Made by a program: the position numbers and the translations under genes | Assembly: GCA_029858505.1 (NCBI GenBank) | Contig: JAOUEW010000008.1 | Span: 9,939-73,938, forward strand | Origin: Deltaproteobacteria bacterium | GTDB taxonomy: Bacteria; SAR324; JACQKK01 | Direction of reading: 5' to 3' | Length of the DNA stretch: 64,000 bases | Shown here: positions 57,977-64,000 of the stretch, piece after piece | Layout of the letters: each line of letters starts with the position of its first letter | Position numbering within the stretch: position 1 is the stretch's first letter | The notes under the pieces: generated by a model | Databases searched by the model: none | Told to the model about the DNA's origin: nothing | The model's input: the letters and a program-made list of their open reading frames with translations, nothing else

Positions 57977-58360
57977 GGCAAATGGGCGGCGTGTGCGTTC
58001 AAGGAGGAGTGAGACCCGTTTTGGGGCTTTCCCAGTCATTTTCACCCGGCCCACCCCCAGGAGCAAGGAAAACGGAGAACCAAAGAGGGATTTGTTTGGC
58101 CGTATTTGGCTGGCATGCCAAAAGTTCCTGGCAGCCTGGGCTGTCCAAATGAGTCCGCCAGAAAGCAGAAGTGGAAGGTTTTGTTTTCCTTTTATTCCAG
58201 ATATTATGAGGAAATATGACCGGTCATAAAATATATCTTTTTAGGTTATACTCCCCCCAGAAAAGCTACGGGAAGACGAACGATTTTTAGGGGGCTGTGA
58301 AACGGGCCATTCCAAAGGGTGATAGATCACAAGATTGGGCTTGGGCTGAAAGGAATTGCG

Positions 58361-60058
58361 ATGGAAAAACCCGGAAACATTCAGCTACAAGAGGAAGTGG
58401 GCGTTTTGGAGGAATTGCGCACCCTGGTTCCCTTTGCCCCGTTTACCCCGGATGAGCGTCGGTTTTTATCTGTCTATTGCAGCCTGAAATCGGCGGGAGA
58501 AGGGGAAGTCTTGATCCGGGAGGGGGACCCCTCCGACAACCGGGCTTATTTTCTGCTGTCTGGCGAAGTGTCTGTGTACGTGAACGAGAAGTTTATTTTG
58601 TCGTTGGGGAGGAAGGGAGACATTTTTGGGGAAATGAGTTTGGTCAGTGCGGAGCCCCGGTCGGCCACGGTGCGGGCCACCCGCCCCTGCCGCCTGATGG
58701 TGGTTACCTCGCCCCTCACCTTTCACGGGGCCGAGGAAGAATCTCTGCTGTCGTACCGCCTGCGTTATTACTTTACCCGGATGTTCAGCAACATCATGGC
58801 CGAAAAACTGCGCACCACCTCGGACCGGGCCAAGATGTACGAGGAGGCCATCGCCCAAAGCCGCCAGGCCGAAGCCCATTCCGCCAGCCTGGAAGAAACC
58901 GTTGCCCATAACCTGGAGCAGATCCGGCTGTACTCTCACCTGGTCGAAAGCGCCAACGATGCCATTTTGCTGCTGAATCTGGACCGGCGGGTGCGGGACG
59001 CTAACCAATCGTTGCATGCCCGGTTTGGGCTAGACACTGGCCAAGTGGTGATGCGCTCGATCAAAGAGGTGCTGCTGCTGCCACCGGGAATGAATTGGGA
59101 TGACGTGTTTGCCCAGGCCGACACCGCGGGTTGGAGCGGGGAAGTGGAAGTAGGAACCGACCGCCATCCCGCCGGGTGCTCCATCTCTTTGGTGGCCGAC
59201 ACCCAGGGCAACCGCATGGCCTACTCGGTGATTCTGCACGACATTCGCGCCCGCAAAGAATATGAAGCCCGTATTCTTCACCAGCAGGCAGAGTTGGAAA
59301 AATCCTACAAGGAATTGCAGGTGATGGACCGGTTGAAAACCCAGTTTCTCACCCTGGTGTCTCACGAGCTGCGCACCCCCATCTCCATCGTGATGGGATC
59401 GCTGGAGGTGTTGGCCATGCCGGGCGACATGGACCCGGCCGATGAAGAGTCCTTTCTGCAGTCTTCCTTGGGGGGTATCCAGCGGCTGGCGTCGCTGGTG
59501 GACCGGGTGATGATGTTCTCGAAACTGGAAAGTGGAGAAATGCCCTTCGACCTGGAGGAAGGCGTGCTGCCCGACCTGGTGCGGGCCCAAATCAACGCCT
59601 GCCAAAAACAGGCCGAAGAACACCATGTGCGGTTGGTTTACCAGGGGCCAGAAAGCTTGCCCCCCTGCGCCTTCGACCACAAAATGATGGCCATGGCTCT
59701 GGACCAGGTGCTGCACAACGCGGTGAAATTCTCCCCCAAGGGAGAGGTGACCGTAAGCCTGGAACAAACACCGGAAGAAACATTGATCCGGGTGCGGGAT
59801 ACGGGTAAAGGTATAGAGATTGACCGCCCCGAACGACTGTTGAACAAGTTTGAACATATGGCCTCCACCCGCGACAAATCCGAAGGCATTGGGCTGGGCC
59901 TGCCGCTTACCCATCTCATTGTCCGGGGGCATCAAGGGTCATTGGATATCACCTCCCAACCTGGCCAAGGAACCGCCGTGACCTTTCACCTGCCCTGTCT
60001 TTCGGCGGCAGACGCCAAAGGCGAAGCCGCGTTCCCATTCCACCGGAAGAACACCTAA
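58361..60058 (+). CDS. Cytoplasmic histidine kinase with cNMP-binding and PAS domains
   Basis: REGD..YFLLSG..FGEMSL..PRSATV cNMP cassette; PAS; SHELRTP, NAVKF, DTGKGI, GIGLGL. Confidence 0.92.
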   Translation: MEKPGNIQLQEEVGVLEELRTLVPFAPFTPDERRFLSVYCSLKSAGEGEVLIREGDPSDNRAYFLLSGEVSVYVNEKFILSLGRKGDIFGEMSLVSAEPRSATVRATRPCRLMVVTSPLTFHGAEEESLLSYRLRYYFTRMFSNIMAEKLRTTSDRAKMYEEAIAQSRQAEAHSASLEETVAHNLEQIRLYSHLVESANDAILLLNLDRRVRDANQSLHARFGLDTGQVVMRSIKEVLLLPPGMNWDDVFAQADTAGWSGEVEVGTDRHPAGCSISLVADTQGNRMAYSVILHDIRARKEYEARILHQQAELEKSYKELQVMDRLKTQFLTLVSHELRTPISIVMGSLEVLAMPGDMDPADEESFLQSSLGGIQRLASLVDRVMMFSKLESGEMPFDLEEGVLPDLVRAQINACQKQAEEHHVRLVYQGPESLPPCAFDHKMMAMALDQVLHNAVKFSPKGEVTVSLEQTPEETLIRVRDTGKGIEIDRPERLLNKFEHMASTRDKSEGIGLGLPLTHLIVRGHQGSLDITSQPGQGTAVTFHLPCLSAADAKGEAAFPFHRKNT

Positions 60059-60061
60059 CCC

Positions 60062-62905
60062 ATGAGCAATGGAAAACAACCTGGGGGATCGGACGACCGA
60101 GCGAGAGGAAAAACCCATGGTGGAACGGGCCTGGCCGCGTTGTTTGCCGCCCCCATGGATCTTCCCACGGATTGGACCCAGCTGTTGCGGGCGGGGTATG
60201 ACCAGGGTACGGCCTTTTTCGAGCGCTTCAACAACAACCGGCTGGAACTGGCCTTTAAGGCGTTCGATGAAGAAATGAAGAAGGCCTTGTTCGAGGTGTT
60301 GTTCCTGTTGCACGTCAATGACCCTCGAATGGCCCAATGGAAATTCACGGCCACCCGCCGAGTATCAGAAAACGGAATTTTACGGGAAAAACAGGTGCAA
60401 GAAACCGCCGACCTGTATGTGGACGGCGCCCCCCACGGCCTGGAAGGGATTGAAGCGCTCTCTCCGTTGTTCCGCAAAGAGTTTGAAGAATACACCCGCA
60501 AAGTCTTCGAAATCCCCATCAACCCCCTGTCTTCCTACGGATTCAACCCGGTGGTCAGCGTTCACTCGCTGGGTTCAATTGGCACGGTGGGGCATAAATC
60601 GAAAGCCTCCGACCTGGACCTGCAGGTGCAGTTTGAGTTGGAACCCTTTTTGTTCGACACCTCGGATTGGAGCGACAACACCTTTGTGGATGCCCTGCAG
60701 CGAGAAACCTTGGCCCGGGCCAACCGCATTCGTGCCGCCGACCAACTGCCCCCCGATGCCATGAAGGACCCCAAGTTTCGCCAAGACCTGATGGCCCGGG
60801 CAGGGCAAGACATGCGCAAAGGGTTCCCCACGCTGTACAAATATCTTGTCGCCAAAGAGGGCGACTACTCCCGCGACTTGGCCGGGGCCAAGGGGGGCCC
60901 GCTGCGCAATCAGCTGCTGATGGAAATCATGATGCTGATGAAGCGGGCGGGACGCATGGCCCAGCCCGAGGTCTACAAAAAGCGAGAAACTTCCTTCCGC
61001 GAGAGAATCGGGAAGATTCAAGAATACATCATGGCCAAGTTTCCCGCGGCCGAGATTTATTTGTTTACCTGCAACAACGACGACTACCGGCGCGGCTACC
61101 ATGGAACCACCCTGGAGTCGAAAGAGGCTTCGGGATCGGCTTATGAGTTGATTTTGAATTACGAGACCCTGATGCCGGGAATCCAACTGACCCCCATGAT
61201 TCCCCTGCATTTTGTCGTGCCCAAACCCATGAACGATGAGCCCGCCCGCTATGACCGGGTGGTGGATTACATCCGGTTCAACCTGCTGGATATTTACCAG
61301 CCCGTGCGCAAACGGCTGGTGAACCTGGGCCCCACCCCCGACATGACCCTGGACTACATGGGCGCCCACGGCGGGGCGGTATATTGGGAGGCCTTCAAGG
61401 CGTCCTCTGGCAACCTGCCCAAGGCCACCTTGAACCTGTTCCGCATTGAAATGCTGCTGAACAAGGCCTTTCTGAAAACCATCATTCAATTGATCAAAGA
61501 GCCCAAACTGCTGCACGCCTTTGCCGCCCCCAAGCCGGAAGACCCCGGTAAACAGATCGAGCAAATGGTGGCCGGGAAAATTGGCCTGCCCGCCTGGGCG
61601 GTGATTGAAATGGAAGCCCTGTTCCCAGGCCTAACCTTCGACCCCTGGTGGCTGCGCTACAAAGCCCTCAAGATTGGCTTTGGGGAAGAAAAGGGCGTGC
61701 CTGGGCTGGACAAAGAAGAGCGCGGACGGATTTCGTCGGTGATTGACTTGGCGTTTGCCCTCCATGTCCGCCTGTCCGACGTATTCACCAAACCCGGAGA
61801 CACCCGGCCCCTGGATTCGTTCCGGGAAAAAGTTCTGCTGGAATTCCTCAAACGGGCGTTTCCACCCGTATCCGAACGGCGAACCTATCTGGAACATTTG
61901 TTTATCGGCGAAGTGCGCTCGGTGAATCAGTTTGAAATGGAGCTGCGCGACTTGTTCAAACGCAGTCTGGCCCGGGCCAACAAGCGGCTGGAAGACATGA
62001 ACGTGGCGGGGATGGGCAACAAAAAAGAGTTCGAAATTTGGTTTCACTATTATCAAGAAAACTTCGAGCCCGCCGCCAACGTGGTGCAGCGCACCATCAT
62101 GAACCACTTGAAAACCCCCCGGGGCCGGCTGCAAGTGGGCTATGTCCCCAAAGAAGGATGGTTCTTTAAGTCTCTGCAAAAACAGTCTGGGGTGGGAAAG
62201 CGCTTCGACACGTTTGGAACCCTGGATCACCTGCCCGATGAGGTGATGCTGCTGGAAAAGTCTCCGTTTCTTTCGGGGCTGGCCCACTGCATCATCAACG
62301 GTTACTACGGCATTTTGAACAAGGGTACCCTGAAAGAAAGCCGAACCCAACTGGAGTTCGACGCCCGCCACATGGACATGGGCAACAAAACCGATAACGA
62401 ATACGCCTTCATCCGCCCCGACAGCGTGGAACGAATTGTCGACAAAATCCTGCGGCACTTTCCCTTTCAACCCTATCACTACATGGACTGCATTCGGCTG
62501 AAACGTAAAATTACCGAAGTCATGGTGTTTTACAACCTGGTGCATTACGGGAGGGTCAGCATTTTATACAGAGACAACCTGCGCACCTGGTATGCCGATG
62601 AATTCGACCACCCCGACATTTACGGCCAGGCCCAAAAGCTCGTCCACAGCAGGCAGGCCTCCATGGCCGCCAAGCCGCTGCATATGACCCTCTCCAAGTT
62701 TTTTAAGTCGAAGGGAATTGCCCTGGACGATGTGGCGCTGGATGTGTGGGTGAACCCCCACAGCATCGAAATAGAGGGAGGCCTAGCCCAGATGGGCCAA
62801 AAAGAAGCCGCGCTGGGGCGTGACTTCCTCAATATTTTAATGCAGATTCACGGGCCCAAACCGGTACCCGGAGCCCCCAAGCCGGTCCAGCCGCCCCCAT
62901 CGTAA
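60062..62905 (+). CDS. Divergent class I adenylate cyclase-like nucleotidyltransferase
   Basis: SLGSIGTVGHKSKASDLDLQV (GS..SDxD), EIYLF..E.SGSA, NLG..WEAFK..PKA, FDPW echo the class I cyclase motifs in order. Confidence 0.7.
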   Translation: MSNGKQPGGSDDRARGKTHGGTGLAALFAAPMDLPTDWTQLLRAGYDQGTAFFERFNNNRLELAFKAFDEEMKKALFEVLFLLHVNDPRMAQWKFTATRRVSENGILREKQVQETADLYVDGAPHGLEGIEALSPLFRKEFEEYTRKVFEIPINPLSSYGFNPVVSVHSLGSIGTVGHKSKASDLDLQVQFELEPFLFDTSDWSDNTFVDALQRETLARANRIRAADQLPPDAMKDPKFRQDLMARAGQDMRKGFPTLYKYLVAKEGDYSRDLAGAKGGPLRNQLLMEIMMLMKRAGRMAQPEVYKKRETSFRERIGKIQEYIMAKFPAAEIYLFTCNNDDYRRGYHGTTLESKEASGSAYELILNYETLMPGIQLTPMIPLHFVVPKPMNDEPARYDRVVDYIRFNLLDIYQPVRKRLVNLGPTPDMTLDYMGAHGGAVYWEAFKASSGNLPKATLNLFRIEMLLNKAFLKTIIQLIKEPKLLHAFAAPKPEDPGKQIEQMVAGKIGLPAWAVIEMEALFPGLTFDPWWLRYKALKIGFGEEKGVPGLDKEERGRISSVIDLAFALHVRLSDVFTKPGDTRPLDSFREKVLLEFLKRAFPPVSERRTYLEHLFIGEVRSVNQFEMELRDLFKRSLARANKRLEDMNVAGMGNKKEFEIWFHYYQENFEPAANVVQRTIMNHLKTPRGRLQVGYVPKEGWFFKSLQKQSGVGKRFDTFGTLDHLPDEVMLLEKSPFLSGLAHCIINGYYGILNKGTLKESRTQLEFDARHMDMGNKTDNEYAFIRPDSVERIVDKILRHFPFQPYHYMDCIRLKRKITEVMVFYNLVHYGRVSILYRDNLRTWYADEFDHPDIYGQAQKLVHSRQASMAAKPLHMTLSKFFKSKGIALDDVALDVWVNPHSIEIEGGLAQMGQKEAALGRDFLNILMQIHGPKPVPGAPKPVQPPPS

Positions 62906-63003
62906 GAATCACTGAAGGGTTGGCCAACGTAGAGCACCCCGTGCGGCGGTGAATGTTCCGCCCCACCGTTTCACCACCCACTGAACTCTTGTCCAAGGCA
63001 CCC

Positions 63004-63432
63004 ATGGACAGCCTCATCGCCCTGCTGCTGTTTATTCTGGTGTTGGCTTTTTCCGCTCACCGGCTCACCCGCCCGGCCCCCACCACCCGTGTTTTGCTGG
63101 AAGACAAGGTGGCCCATATCCATGGGCAAGAGGGAGACATGCGTGAAAAAGTGAAAGCCGTGGTGGAAGCAATCCCCCCGGGCCGGGTGCTGCCGCTGGC
63201 GGTGGTGGGGGAACTGGCGGGGGAGAAAGATACGTTTAAGGTTATTCGGGTCATGCGCCAGCTGGCGGCAGACCCGGCGGTGCCTTGGTGGCGGGTGGTA
63301 AAGGGCACGGCTGGCAGTGGCCACATGGCCGCCTATGCCGATCCGGCCCGGCAAGAGGCACTGCTGGCGCAAGAGGGGGTGACGGTGGAGGGGGGTGCTG
63401 TGGCGTTGGATGTTTTTCGTTGGGAGGTTTAG
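63004..63432 (+). CDS. Alkyltransferase-like (ATL/MGMT-family) protein with hydrophobic N-terminus
   Basis: VEAIPPGRV, VPWWRVV, QEALLAQEGV. Confidence 0.75.
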   Translation: MDSLIALLLFILVLAFSAHRLTRPAPTTRVLLEDKVAHIHGQEGDMREKVKAVVEAIPPGRVLPLAVVGELAGEKDTFKVIRVMRQLAADPAVPWWRVVKGTAGSGHMAAYADPARQEALLAQEGVTVEGGAVALDVFRWEV

Positions 63433-63666
63433 GCAAAGTATTTCGATCTACTAGCGCTGTCGGTTTAATCTTTTTCAGCTTGATCTTTTCTCTCTGCTCT
63501 CTTTGCGCTCGGTTCCCGGTCTCTTCTCTTTTATTCTTTTTTCCTGCGGCTTCTTTCTGGTTCTTACTGCTGCTTATAAAATGTATCTCCCCCCTTTTTC
63601 TTGCTCTCGCTCTTATTCTGGCTTCGCCCCCCCTTTCACGACAACCCCTGGTCGCTCAGAGGTCTC

Positions 63667-63741
63667 TTCTTTCTGGCGGCCTGTCTAGCGGGCTGGGCCC
63701 GCCTTTCTTTCTGGCGGCCTGTCTAGCGGGCTGGGCCCGCC
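63667..63741. repeat. 37-bp direct tandem duplication, each copy with a hairpin
   Basis: ttctttctggcggcctgtctagcgggctgggcccgcc at 63667 and 63705. Confidence 0.85.
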
Positions 63742-63789
63742 CAAGAACGCAGCACTGGAATCTCGTGGGGGATGGAGAAAATCCGCGGC

Positions 63790-64000
63790 CTATTCCTGAA
63801 CCACGGGGGGCAGGCCGGGAATGGTCTCGTCAAAGTCTGGCGGAGGCAGTTCCGGCAGGGTGTTCTCTTGGGGCTGGGGTGCTACTCTAGCGCCGCCCTT
63901 CAGCACAAAGTGAGACATCAGGTCTTTCAGCATTTGCACTTGGCCCTGGAGTTCCTGGGCCGCAGACGCGCTTTCCTCGGCGGTGGCCGCGTTTTGGTGG
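63790..64000 (-). CDS. C-terminus of a methyl-accepting chemotaxis protein (5'-truncated by the window edge; absent from ORF track)
   Basis: Minus frame reads HQNAATAEESASAAQELQGQVQMLKDLMSHF..PPVVQE*, an MCP methylation helix. Confidence 0.8.
   Translation of the reverse strand, partial: HQNAATAEESASAAQELQGQVQMLKDLMSHFVLKGGARVAPQPQENTLPELPPPDFDETIPGLPPVVQE

Noticed and set aside
60062..62905. CBASS CD-NTase anti-phage system
   Set aside because: Motif order and size fit class I cyclases better, and no Cap effector genes are adjacent
63285..63890. 201-aa + strand ORF
   Set aside because: Low-complexity translation of the pyrimidine tract, overlapping the ATL gene and the minus-strand MCP end

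Overview
GC-rich bacterial chromosomal window. The gene set (valS, serA, gltA, mutL, hemN, folC, def, trxA, ppiD, a RomR-like scaffold before valS, a MinD/FlhG plus J-domain-HTH pair) suggests a deltaproteobacterial-type lineage, possibly SAR324-like; this is inference only. I found no rRNA, tRNA, CRISPR array or intact transposase. Main highlights: (1) A respiratory cluster at 17.1-22.1 kb. It holds a cytochrome b / 2x[4Fe-4S] / MvhD(FlpD)-like fusion and its partner, a 54-aa membrane peptide missing from the ORF track, a CuA subunit II, and a B-type heme-copper subunit I whose cross-link Tyr is replaced by Gln (eNOR-type NO reductase signature). (2) A cNMP-binding/PAS histidine kinase 3 bp upstream of a divergent class I nucleotidyl (adenylate) cyclase-like protein (58.4-62.9 kb). 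(3) A modular family of structured intergenic repeats, including a 126-bp x4 tandem array, REPIN-like palindromes and an IS5-like MITE. (4) A small standalone ADP-ribosyltransferase-fold candidate. All calls come from reading motifs by eye; no searches were run.
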